Source: Octopus sinensis (Eukaryota). Taken from it: DNA of 64,000 nt. Shown piece after piece: positions 1 through 11,377 of the stretch. The notes under the pieces are model-generated. The model did no database searches, had not been told where the DNA came from, and was given only the letters and a program-made list of their open reading frames with translations. The translations under genes and the position numbers were made by a program. Positions within the stretch are counted from its first letter, which is position 1. Each line of letters begins with the position of its first letter. The stretch is from positions 19,096,001 through 19,160,000 of the forward strand of contig NC_043017.1 in NCBI RefSeq assembly GCF_006345805.1, in the 5' to 3' direction.

Positions 1-790
1 AACCTTTTCTTGCCATCTATATTTTAAAACAGATTGAAGTGACAGACCTCAGTCTTCCTTATTTCAATCAAATCAATGTTCGTTGTAAAGCATGTCTTTT
101 AGGTATTACTGTTTCAAAGCCTAGGTGTCATAGGGTGAGCTACCTGGTTTCCGTGGCTTGTAACTGACTGAGATCGCAGTATCCCCATAAACGGGATGCC
201 AGTCCATCACAAGGTTACTTATTTACAACTGAATAGATGGGAGAAATGAAGTGTTTTGCTCAAGAAGATAATGTACTGTTCAGTCAGGGAATTGAAACAC
301 AATTTTGTGATCATGGATCCAATACCCTAACCACTAAAAAAAAATTTTTTTATTCAAGGCGGTGCCACAGCATGGCCGCAGTTTTATGACTGGAACAATT
401 AGAATAATAAAAAAAATAAAGATAAGCTATAAATCACTCCCTGGATATGATGTTATCTCCATTGAATTTGATAGAATCATTTAACGATTGGGATTTCGAC
501 GTGTGACTTCTCACAACACTGTTACAACCATCACCCACTATCTTATCTATAACAGCCAAATCTCCCGCAAAACATATACTGCCGTCTTTTAGAAAGATAG
601 TACATCATGGACAATGTAGTGTCCCTCGTGTACAGGATGAGTGGTGGTCATGACTGGGATGCCTTTGATCATATGTCAGCTCAACCAGGACTAAAACAAC
701 CATAGATTATCTTGTTTAACCAAGCGACATCGACGCAGTTGTTTCCCTTGCATTAGCGAGCGTCAAGTTACTCATCAGATCTGTTTTTTT

Positions 791-1371
791 TTTTCTACTC
801 TAGGTAGAAGGCCCGAAATTTTGTGGGAGGGGGCCAGTCGGTAAGATCGACTTCAGTACGCAACTGGTACTTAATTTATGGACCCTGAAAGGATGACAGG
901 CAAAGTCGACCTCGGCAGAATTTGAACTCAGAACATAAAGACAGACGAAATACCTATTTCTTTACTACCCACAAGGGGCTAAACACAGAAGGGACAAACA
1001 AGGACAGACAAACGGGTTAAGTCGATTATATCGACTCCAGTGCGTAGCTGGTACTTATTTAATCGACCCTGAAAGGATGAAAAGCAAAGTCGACTTCGGC
1101 GGAATTTGAACTCAGAAAGTAGCGGCCGACGAAATATCTGTTTCTTTATTACTCACAAGGGGCTAAACATAGAGGGAACAAACAAGGACAGACAAACGGG
1201 ATAAGTCGATTATATCGACCGCAGTGTGTAACTGGTACTTATTTAATCGACCCCGAAAGGATGAAAGGCAAAGTCGACCTCGGCGGAATTTGAACTCAGA
1301 ACGTAACGGCAGACGAAATATCGCTAAGTATTTCGCCCGGAGTGCTAACGTTTCTACCAGTTCGCCGCCTC
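791..1371 (-). mobile_element. Stack of three tRNA-derived Nin-domain SINE segments
   Basis: Three successive copies of the reverse complement of GCCTTTCATCCTTTCGGGGTCGATAAATTAAGTACCAG (Nin-like core). Joins fall at about 956 and 1141. The third copy carries the tRNA-like head. Confidence 0.8.
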
Positions 1372-1882
1372 ATCAGATCTGTTTTCTGCCATGCTGCAGG
1401 CATTTAAATCATACCATATCTAGTTATCAATTCGGCACACGCATACACACACGCACGCACGTACTTACGTACGCACGCACTCACGCATGCAAGGCACTTG
1501 CGTACGCACGCACTCACGCACATACGTGCATATGCACGCACACTTAAAAATGGTAAGACATGTATGAAAAATAAAAAGAACAAAAGGAGAAAAAAAAGCC
1601 CAGATTGGATGAGGCTAAATAACCTTTTTATTTGCATACTAATATTATTCGTTTACCAGTCATGATTTTTTTTTTTTTACATCGCAGAGATAATCTGAGA
1701 GAGAAGGTGTTTACGATCTCAATGATAAGTGAGAACAATAACATGGTCGATACCTAGCCTGAGAATCTGAATATCAATGTCTGCAGAAAAGGATGAGTAG
1801 AGAGGGAATTCAAGAGAGCAGTTATGTAGGTCATAGAACTAACCCGTTCTCTGAGCTGCCATTTTTAGTAGAGACCATTTTA

Positions 1883-2197
1883 GGCGAAGGTAAAGAATAC
1901 GCACACTCGGTGTTTAGGGATAGGGTTAGGATTAGAGTTAGGCTGTAGGATTAGGGTTTAGAATTAGGGTTTAGGATTAGGCTGTAGGATTAGGCTGTAG
2001 GATTAGGGTTTAGGATTAGGCTGTAGGATTAGGGTTTAGAATTAGGGTTTAGGATTAAGGTTTAGGATTAGGTGTAGGATTAGAGTTTAGGATTAGGTTT
2101 AGGATTAGGGTTTAGAATTAGGGTTAGGGGTTAGGGTTAGGATTTAGGGTTAGAGTTACGCCGAAAACGGGTGGTAAGCGTATTCTTTACCTCCGCC
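1883..2197. mobile_element. MITE with terminal inverted repeats and a degenerate TTAGGG-like core
   Basis: TIRs GGCGAAGGTAAAGAATACGC / GCGTATTCTTTACCTCCGCC. Flanks CCATTTTA (1875-1882) and CCATTCTG (2198-2205) look like a decayed 8-bp TSD. Confidence 0.75.
1915..2156 (+). repeat. Degenerate telomere-like array (TTAGGG/TTAGGA/TTTAGG/TGTAGG units)
   Basis: Direct reading of the sequence; the array is internal to the MITE above. Confidence 0.9.
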
Positions 2198-2313
2198 CCA
2201 TTCTGCTATAAGCACTCAGATACACTCACCATGTTATAACAGCTGATTGGTTATAAAAGTAGTTATGCCCCCTACATCTTCGCAGCTGACGATATTTCTA
2301 TGTCGTTTTTAAA

Positions 2314-2975
2314 ATGATTCAAGAACGTAATCTGGGTATTATTATAAACAGCGATCTGCGTTGGACAAACCACATCTCTAGAATTGTCAAGAAGGCTGAG
2401 GGTGACCTAGCATCACTCAGTAAGACCTTTGTCAGCTGCTTTCCAGCTATCTATTTAAAACTGTTTATGACAATGGTAAGCCCACACTTTGAATCTGCAT
2501 CACCAGTCTGGAACCCCTATCTTGCTCAGCATATAAATCTCCTGGAAATTGTTCAGAAACGTGCAACAAAACGAATATCCGCCGTTAGACATCTACCATA
2601 CTCTGAACGTCTTGCTTTCCTGGGCATGGACACATTGAAGCTCAGACGTCTGGCAACTGACTTGGTAGACTCCCACAAGATTTTCCACCATCTTTCCAGC
2701 AATAAACTTGGGCACCTTTTTGAATTCCATATGACAAATACTCGTGGACATATTTACAATACCAAAAAAACAACACAGCACCCATGACTTTTGGAAACAT
2801 TTTTTTCACACTCAGAATTGTCGAAACATGGAATAAACTAATACTACTGTCGAGACACTACATCCTTCAAAACTTCCATGCTTCCTGATTCCACCAACAG
2901 TACATCTGATGGGGTTTTTTTTGCTTTTTCTTAGGTGTAGTGCACCTGAGCACTGTATACAAAAATTTCTTTCAT
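2314..2975 (+). mobile_element. CR1/L2-group LINE 3' fragment (RT C-terminus plus 3' UTR)
   Basis: ORF 2314-2787 reads ERNLGIIINSDLRWTNHISRIVKKA...SPVWNPYLAQHINLLEIVQKRATKRI...YSERL, typical of the CR1 RT C-terminus. It ends in GTAGTGCACCTGAGCACTGTA, shared with 5118-5312. Confidence 0.85.
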
Positions 2976-3472
2976 ATTTATAAGACTTATATTTAGGGCT
3001 TTCTGTGTAAAAATATTCATGTCAGAGAGTAAATTTTGATATTTTGACATGCTCTTTTCTGTTGCTGAACCTATGAGTCATGGTTTCTTCCAACTCTTGG
3101 TCCCACAAATTCTATGGGCTGATAAAGTTCACAGGTACTGACTTCTCTGACGAAAGTTAATTTGTCTGCTGTCTGTCTTTCTGTTTGTCTGTCTGTATGT
3201 ATATATGTGTGTGTGTGTGTGTGTGTATGTGTGTCTCTTTGTCTTGACATTGTGTAATAGTTGTGAAATGGTTGTTACCATCTTACAAGCAGTGTTAGTC
3301 ATCTCCAGTAGTCTGCGAAAATATATCTGGCCATGGGGGAAATATTACCTGACTTGGAAATGGGGGGGAGGGTTGGCAACAGGAAGGGCATCCAGCCATA
3401 GAAAATTTGCCTAAAGAAAAAAAAAACAACTTTGTCCGACCCATGCAAGCATAGAAAAGTGGATGCTAAACA

Positions 3473-3620
3473 TGATGATGATGATAATAAAGGTGATGAT
3501 GATGATGATGATAAAGGTGATGGTGATGGTGGTGGTGATGATGATGATAAAGATGACGATGACGACAACGATGACAACGACAATGATGACAACGACGATG
3601 ATGACAACGACGAAGATGAT
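3473..3620 (+). repeat. Compound (GAT/GAC/GGT)n trinucleotide tract at the tail of an RTE-3'-related repeat
   Basis: Follows CCATGCAAGCATAGAAAAGTGGATGCTAAA. It explains the poly-D/S/H ORFs in the track. Confidence 0.85.
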
Positions 3621-3967
3621 GTTTATCCAGGTCATCAATGTGCTGTAAATCATGGAAAGCTGACAGAATTGTGAGAAACCGACCATTCTTGAAATTATTC
3701 ATTGTTGATATGGTCTAGCAGGTTTGAGCATGAACCACAGCAATCAAATATTCATGTCTGAACCAACCATGTCGTATAAAGAATGAATAAATACTTCATG
3801 GTTATTACGTATCAAGTTAATCAGAATACAATTATGTGCCTGCATCAACTCTTACACACACACACACACGTATATATATTCTTTTTTTCTGTTATTCTTT
3901 TATTTGTTTCAGTCATTTGAGTGCGATCATGCTGAAGCACTGTCTTCAGTTGAACAAATCGATACTG

Positions 3968-4105
3968 GTCTCCATCTTCAGACTGTAGCTCCTTACAAAC
4001 TTTGTAGACAAAATATCTGGAAACTTTTAAAAATTGAGATATTTCTAAATCACTATGCTCAGCCTTTATAACCACAATTACAGCATGCCTCTAAATTTCT
4101 TGAGT
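3968..4105 (-). pseudogene. Tc1/mariner (maT/DD37D-like) transposase N-terminal remnant
   Basis: Minus frame RHAVIVVIKAEHSDLEISQFLKVSRYFVYKVCKELQSEDGD resembles an HTH region; there is an upstream stop. Confidence 0.6.
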
Positions 4106-4200
4106 AAGATGCGGGTCTGCCATTATTATTTTCTGAAACAAAGATTATACAGAGTTAGCAAAAAATGCAGCAATGACCCCAAAAAAGGTGTCTTATGCAT

Positions 4201-4265
<65 letters not shown>

Positions 4266-4421
4266 TATACATACATATATCTTTTAAATTTGTTTATGGG
4301 AAACATTTTGAATATGCCAATAAAGCTCCTATTCCATTATGCCAGCCACAGTCTAACAATGCTGACTGGTGAACCAGTTTTTTGGGGTCGCATCAAGCAG
4401 TATTGATATGATGTAGGATAA

Positions 4422-4587
4422 ATATAGTAATAATGACAAAATAATCCTTGGATAGAATTTATAAATATTTTAATGGATTGCTATATGCATTTCCACAAAT
4501 TGCAATTAATTTGTGGAAATGCACATAGTGATGCATAAAAAATATTTATAAATTCCACCCAAAGATTATTGTTATTTTTACTATATA
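4422..4587. repeat. About 165-bp fold-back palindrome (MITE-like)
   Basis: Arms such as GCATTTCCACAAATT/AATTTGTGGAAATGC and GAATTTATAAATATTTT/AAAATATTTATAAATTC; TA-flanked. Confidence 0.8.
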
Positions 4588-4646
4588 TATATATATATGA
4601 GGTAGGTACAATAAAATCAGGGTGAATACTTGATAAGTATAAGCAC

Positions 4647-5363
<717 letters not shown>

Positions 5364-5364
5364 T

Positions 5365-6402
5365 TCAGTCCTCAGCCCCCTCCTATTTATCATAGTCCTC
5401 CAGGCAATAACGGAAGAATTTAAGACAGGATGCCCCTGGGAGCTCCTATATGCTGATGACCTTGCTCTAATTGCTGAGTCACTATCAGAACTGGAGGAGA
5501 AGTTTCAGGTGTGGAAACAAGGATTAGAATCGAAGGGCCTTAGAATCAACCTAGCCAAAACCAAAGTCCTAATAAGTAGGAAGGTGGACCAACCACAAAC
5601 GACTTCAGGTAGATGGCCCTGCTCGATCTGTAGAAAAGGTGTAGGTAGAAACTCTATAAGGTGCACCAAGTGTAAGCTATGGACACATAAGAGGTGCAGC
5701 AATGTCAAAGGTAGGCTAACTGGGAAGATAGTTTTCGTATGTGGCAGATGCTCAGGAGAAATAAACACCGGAAATGTGCAGAGACCAACTTCTACCACGT
5801 TCCAGGGAGACAAACTAGAAGTAGTTGATAGCTTCCGCTACCTAGGAGACCAAGTTAGTAGCGGGGGTGGGTGTGCTGAAAGTGTAACTGCTAGAGTAAG
5901 AATAGCCTGGGCAAAGTTTAGAGAGCTCTTACCCCTGCTGGTGACAAAAGGCCTCTCGCTCAGAGTAAAAGGCAGACTTTATGATGCATGTGTACGTACA
6001 GCCATGCTACATGGTAGTGAAACATGGGCCGTGACTGCTGAGGATATGCGTAAGCTCGCAAGAAATGAAGCCAGTATGCTCCGATGGATGTGTAATGTCA
6101 GTGTTCATAATCGTCAGAGTGTAAGTACCTTGAGAGAAAAGTTGAACCTAAGAAGCGTCAGTTGTGGTGTGCAAGAGGGACGGCTGCGCTGGTATGGTCA
6201 TATGACAAGAATGGCTGAAGATAGTTGTGTGCAAAAGTGCTACACCCTAGCAGTTGAGGGAACATGTGGAAGAGGTAGACCCAGGAAAACCTGGGACGAA
6301 GTGGTGAAGCACGACCTACGAACTTTAGGTCTCACCAAGGAAATGACTAGAGACCGAGACCTATGGAAGTATGCTGTGCGTGAGAAGACCCGGCAAGACT
6401 AG
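5365..6402 (+). CDS. RTE reverse transcriptase C-terminal half (5'-truncated, uninterrupted frame)
   Basis: SVLSPLLFIIVLQ...ELLYADDL...GLRINLAKTKVL...FRYLG...LHGSETW...RLRWYGH...GRGRPRKTW. Confidence 0.9.
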   Translation, partial: SVLSPLLFIIVLQAITEEFKTGCPWELLYADDLALIAESLSELEEKFQVWKQGLESKGLRINLAKTKVLISRKVDQPQTTSGRWPCSICRKGVGRNSIRCTKCKLWTHKRCSNVKGRLTGKIVFVCGRCSGEINTGNVQRPTSTTFQGDKLEVVDSFRYLGDQVSSGGGCAESVTARVRIAWAKFRELLPLLVTKGLSLRVKGRLYDACVRTAMLHGSETWAVTAEDMRKLARNEASMLRWMCNVSVHNRQSVSTLREKLNLRSVSCGVQEGRLRWYGHMTRMAEDSCVQKCYTLAVEGTCGRGRPRKTWDEVVKHDLRTLGLTKEMTRDRDLWKYAVREKTRQD

Positions 6403-6722
6403 TCAGGCCATAACCCGTGGCCCCTACCTGGGACATAGTTAGTCCACCTGTGCATACCTTCCTTCTTGTGACACTTGTGAAGACCTGTTGAGGCAAGTGA
6501 AAATCGAAAATCAAAAATCAAAAATCAAACAAAATCAAAATAGATGAACATCAATGGAATTTGTGGTACCAGTGCCGGTGGCACACAAGAATACCATCCG
6601 AACGTGGCCGTAGCCAGTACCGCACCGACTGGCCTCCATGCTGTGGGCACGTAACAATCACCATCCAATCGTGGCCGATCGCCAGCCTAATCTGGCTCCT
6701 GTGTCGGTGGCACATAAAAAAA

Positions 6723-7155
6723 CACCATCCGAGCGTGGTCGTCTGCTAGCCTTCTTGTCTGGCACCTGTGTCGGTGGCACATAAAAACACCATCCGAGCG
6801 TGGTCGTCTGCTAGCCTTGTCTGGCACCTGTGTCGGTGGCACATAAAAACACCATCCGAGCGTGGCCGTTCGCCAGCCTCGTCTGGCACCTGTGTCGGTG
6901 GCACATAAAAACACCATCCGAGCGTGGTCGTCTGCTAGCCTTGTCTGGCACCTGTGTCGGTGGCACATAAAAACACCATCCGAGCGTGGCCGTTCGCCAG
7001 CCTCGTCTGGCACCTGTGTCGGTGGCACATAAAAACACCATCCGAGCGTGGTCGTCTGCCAGCCTTGTCTGGCACCTGTGTCGGTGGCACATAAAAACAC
7101 CATCCGAGCGTGGCCGTTCGCCAGCCTCGTCTGGCACCTGTGTCGGTGGCACATA
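6723..7155 (+). repeat. 62-bp tandem repeat (about 7 units, two alternating variants) in the RTE 3' UTR
   Basis: Unit CACCATCCGAGCGTGG(T/C)CGT..GC(T/C)AGCCT(T/C)GTCTGGCACCTGTGTCGGTGGCACATAAAAA; it shifts 2 nt per 60-nt line. Confidence 0.92.
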
Positions 7156-7327
7156 AAATCACCCACTACACTCTCGGAGTGGTTGGCGTTAGGAAGGGCA
7201 TCCAGCTGTAGAAACACTGCCAGATCTGACTGGCCTGGTGCAGCCTTCGGGCTCCCCAGACACCAGTTGAACCGTCCAACCCATGCTAGCATGGAAAGCG
7301 GACGTTAAATGATGATGATGATGATGA

Positions 7328-7329
<2 letters not shown>

Positions 7330-7381
<52 letters not shown>

Positions 7382-7483
7382 GTATATATATATGTGTATA
7401 TATGTATATGTATATATATATGTGTATATATATATATATATGTATATATATGTATATATATATGAATATATATATATATATAT

Positions 7484-7581
<98 letters not shown>

Positions 7582-7582
7582 A
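7330..7582. repeat. (TA)n microsatellite
   Basis: Direct reading. Confidence 0.95.
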
Positions 7583-8172
7583 AATAACCAATATCAAATA
7601 ACTTAAAAATCATGAATACTAAACTATTCTTTCAGACAACAAACTGTCATAAAATCCTAAAATCCTATTAAAAGACACCTTATTTTGTAGAAAGCCCAAC
7701 ATTTTTTTTCATGTAACCCAGTTTAGAAAATATAGGTTTAGCGGGGGCGAGATGAATGTTGTTGGAGCAGCACACTGGTTTATTGCTGTAACTGTTCCCT
7801 GAGGTGATTAGGGTTACTCCAGAAACAACCAATCAACTGCTGCTTACAGTGATTAATTACACATTCCAGTCCACCTGTATCATTATAATTTGGTGTATTT
7901 CAAGCTCCATTATCTAATTTTCAGTAAATCAAGCTTAACAAGCAGCTCATGAAGTTAGCTTACAATCTTGTCTAAAAATACTTGATTATTGTTGGTAATT
8001 AGGTTAGTCAGAATGTAATAAATGTGTCGAGGAGTGGAAAAAATGTCTTTCAATTATTGAAGTGTACTGGAAATCAGGTTGTAAACTTAACATGAGCATA
8101 CATATGTAGTGAGCTCTAGGGATTTGAACTCCTCTTATTAAATTACCAGTTCTCTATCATGAGTTTATCCCC

Positions 8173-8429
8173 TGCAATAAAGTTTATCCCCGATGATCCG
8201 TTCTGGTTAAGCATCCAAATGCACTTGGAACATCCGATGCATGTTTCAAAGCAACTATAATGGTGAAGTGTTCCTACGAACACTTCACCGTTATATAAAC
8301 TTTTGCTTACTGCAATTTCTACAATTTTTGCTCTCTATTTCATAAGTAGTAATACTACAAAACCTAACCATTATCCTGGAAACAGACCAGACTATGACAA
8401 TCTACGTGGAACCCTAAACTTAGCAATTG
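8173..8429 (+). repeat. About 255-bp dispersed repeat, copy 1 (copy 2 at 13726-13982)
   Basis: Near-identical direct copies (both give MLTAISTIFALYF... in the ORF track). Internal hairpin ATGGTGAAGTGTTC/GAACACTTCACCGT. Confidence 0.9.
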
Positions 8430-8799
8430 AGGCATGCATGTGTCACATGTGCATTCTGCTTGTTGATCAATCAGTTTTCAGGAAATCATACCACCAGTTA
8501 GGCTATCATCCCAAGATGGTCCCAAGATGTCCCGTCATCTCAAGATAGTTCCATCATCCCTAGATATAATTGAAATTTGCACCCTTTTCACAAGTTAAGC
8601 ACTTTAGCACTAAAACATCTTTAGCACTAAAACATCACCATAGAGAATAGACCTTTTGCCAAGCAGGCCAAGGCAATTGCTGAGCTCTGGTGGCATTCAA
8701 GCAGGACACATCTCAGCATTTGACAAGCAAATCAAGGAAAAAATCTTCTCCAAGATTTGGCAGTTTCTTATCTTTCAAATAACTATTGGCCAAGCAAAT

Positions 8800-9187
8800 A
8801 TGCGGGGGTACCCAAAAGTAACTGGAGACATTCTCTGTAGTACAAGCCCATTATTGTTCAGGCTTCTGCTGCTAGAAGCCACTTGATGCGACCCTCAGGC
8901 ATCAGACTGCCAACTGGCGTCATCTGGTGGTGTTGTACTGTCACATGGTGTATCTTTGTTTTGCAGTGTTTCTCTCCTGTTTATTGATCTTTGTGAAGGC
9001 TGAAATGAAGGAACAGCATGCTTCCATGAAATTCTATTTTCTGCTCGGGAAAACGGTGGCTGAAACAGTTATCATGCTTCAAACAGCTGACAAGGATGCT
9101 GTCATGAGCAAAACACAAGTTTACGAGTGGTTTTCATGCTTTAGGAATAGTCAATTGTTACTTGAAGACCAACCTCATTCAGGAACC
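8800..9187 (+). mobile_element. mariner transposon 5' remnant
   Basis: TIR-like TATGCGGGGGTACCCAAAAGTAACTGG. Frame EQHASMKFYFLLGKTVAETVIMLQ...SKTQVYEWFSCFR...EDQPHSG matches the mariner HTH. Confidence 0.85.
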
Positions 9188-9339
9188 ATGTGGTTCGTAA
9201 GCAAGCTACTTACCATACAGCCACTCCTATGCCTATATATATATCATCATCATCATCATCATCATGTGACTGACCAGGCTATCAGATGTTGTTACACATC
9301 GCTGGTCACAATGCGCTTCACATTGTTTTAGCCTTCAAA

Positions 9340-9536
9340 TGACGCCACCCCGCTGGCTAAGCGAGCAGGCCAAGAGAAGAAAGAGTAAGAGAAAGTTGTG
9401 GCGAAAGAGTACAGCAGGGATCGACACCACCCCCTGCCGGAGCCTCGTGGAGCTTTAGGTGTTTTCGCTCAATAAACACACACAATGCGATCCTACGAAA
9501 CCGCGAGTCCACTGCCCTAACCACTGGGCCATTGTG

Positions 9537-9538
<2 letters not shown>
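9340..9538 (-). mobile_element. Partial tRNA-derived SINE (same family as 22738-23111)
   Basis: Shares AGAAAGTTGTGG..AAAGAGTACAGCAGGGATC.ACCACC..CCCCTGCCGGAGCCTCGTGGAGCTTT and the tRNA-like head. Confidence 0.75.
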
Positions 9539-9569
<31 letters not shown>

Positions 9570-9830
9570 GATGTGAATCTTTCAATTTCCATCTACAAAA
9601 TCCCTTCACAAGGCTTTGGTTGGCCCCGAGTCGATAGCAGGTGTTACAAAGTAGAACTGAACCTGGAGCCATGCTGTTGGGAAGCAAGCTACTTAGCATA
9701 CAATTTCTTAGTACAAATTTTTTTCCTGTTGATAGTTTTTCCAGTTAAACACAAGTAGAAAATAGTACGACATACACAGTAATACAGTACTTAGAATATA
9801 TTTTCCAATAATATTTCGTATTAATATAAC

Positions 9831-10238
9831 TCTTTACTCTCTCTTTTACTCTTTTACTTGTTTCAGTCATTTGACTGCAGCCATGCTGGAGCACCGCCTT
9901 TAATCGAGCAACTCGACCCCGGGACTTATTCTTTGTAAGCCTAGTACTTATTCTATCAGTCTCTTTTGCCAAACTGCTAAGTGACGGGGACATAAACACA
10001 CCAGCATTGGTTGTCAAGCAATGCTAGGGGGACAAACACAGACACACAAACATACATGCACACATATATATACATAAATAACACGGGCTTCTTTCAGTTT
10101 CCGTCTACCAAATCCACTCATAAGGCTTTGGTCTGCCCAAGGCTATAGTAGAAGACACTTGCCCAAGGTGCCACACAGTGGGACTGAACCCGGAACCATG
10201 TGGCTGGTAAACAAGCTACTTACCACACAGCCACTCCT
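9831..10238 (-). mobile_element. Composite tRNA-derived SINE with internal (TA/CA)n
   Basis: Reverse complement of the 29884-30298 family. Confidence 0.85.
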
Positions 10239-10292
10239 GCTTTTTTTATTTTCATTAAACCGCTTCTTTTATTACAACTCCACGCTTAATGG

Positions 10293-10598
10293 CGTAGAAG
10301 TGATGGAAAGAGACCAGAAGGTCTTACTCTATGTCCCTGGGTTAGAGATAGGTGCTTCATCTGGGGTATCACAGTCAATGATTCTTTTGCTCCTTCCCTC
10401 ATCCCGGATGCTGCGGTAAATGGGACTGTCACTGCTACTGTAGCCGAATGGAACAAAACCCTAAAGAAACGGGACCTGGCAGTGAACTACCTTTTCCAAC
10501 CTGTGGCGTTTGAGATGTTTGGAGAGACTGGGTCACTAACCACGAAGTTCTTGTCATCATTGGCAGCTCGCCTCACTGCATGTAAATTTGACATTGAC
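10293..10598 (+). pseudogene. Restriction-like endonuclease (RLE) C-terminus of a CRE-like non-LTR retrotransposon
   Basis: Manual translation RSDGKRPEGLTLCPWVRDRCFIWGITVNDSFAPS...AEWNKTLKKRDLAVNYLFQPVAFEMFGETGSLTTKFLSSLAARL follows the DGKRPDG...W...WD...E..K..KY...F.P.A.E..G pattern, with the catalytic D replaced by E/G. Confidence 0.75.
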
Positions 10599-10889
10599 TA
10601 AGGCCACTGCATATAACCTTCGAATAAAACAGTGACTGAAGACAGACTATGCAGAACTAAAACAATAGCAGACACCTTCTACTAAGACACGATAACTGGG
10701 CAGTCAAACCAGTCAATCCTTTGTTATTGGTAGACGACACCATTCACGCTCTGTGTAGCCTAACCTCTTTATCTATGTCATAAGGGAAACATATCAGTGA
10801 TTAGCGTCGTCTACTAGTAACGAAGGATTGCTGACAAATCGAATTGTGGATAGAAGGTGCGTACACAAAAGGCAATAATAACCATATCT

Positions 10890-11302
10890 GGATCTTTTCG
10901 GTTTGAACGGCAGTTTTTTCTAGCGGTGTCATATAAAATTGTCACCCATAATTATGACCCTAGTATTGATCTATTGCATTTCAATGTTTTAGGGTTAGGG
11001 GTGGGGGGAAGGGTATCTTTTTTTTCTTCACAAATGTAAATAAACCCAATCTATTTCTTAAACGAGGGACATATTCATACGGCACAGAATGTTTTTTTTA
11101 CCTCAATAGGCATCAGTGATTGGTTGAAATTGCAGAAATTGAAGTAAAAAAACAACAAATATCTTACAAACTGTAGAATTTTCTCAATAATGCCAAGAGA
11201 AAAATATGTTTTATAAACACATTCTACCAGTATACGAAGTTTAACATTTTTTAGTTACCTAGAAATTATGTTAAAAAGTTGCCGTTCAAACTGAAAAGAT
11301 CT
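10890..11302. mobile_element. MITE with about 25-bp TIRs
   Basis: GGATCTTTTCGGTTTGAACGGCA ... TGCCGTTCAAACTGAAAAGATCT. Flanks CCATATCT / CCATAATT. Internal TTAGGGTTAGGG. Confidence 0.75.
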
Positions 11303-11377
11303 CCATAATTCCTCTATAAGGCCTCTAATATACAAATGGAACTATAATACATATACACACAACTATATATATATATA

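Noticed and set aside
1915-2156. True telomere or chromosome-fusion scar
   Set aside because: The array is degenerate and enclosed by transposon TIRs and a TSD.
3299-3702. Poly-Asp/Ser/His proteins in the ORF track
   Set aside because: These are translations of a trinucleotide tail of a repeat. The same applies to the YI-, CV- and HT-rich ORFs throughout the window.
6723-7155. CRISPR-like array
   Set aside because: The units are contiguous with no unique spacers, lie in a LINE 3' UTR, and have no cas genes nearby.
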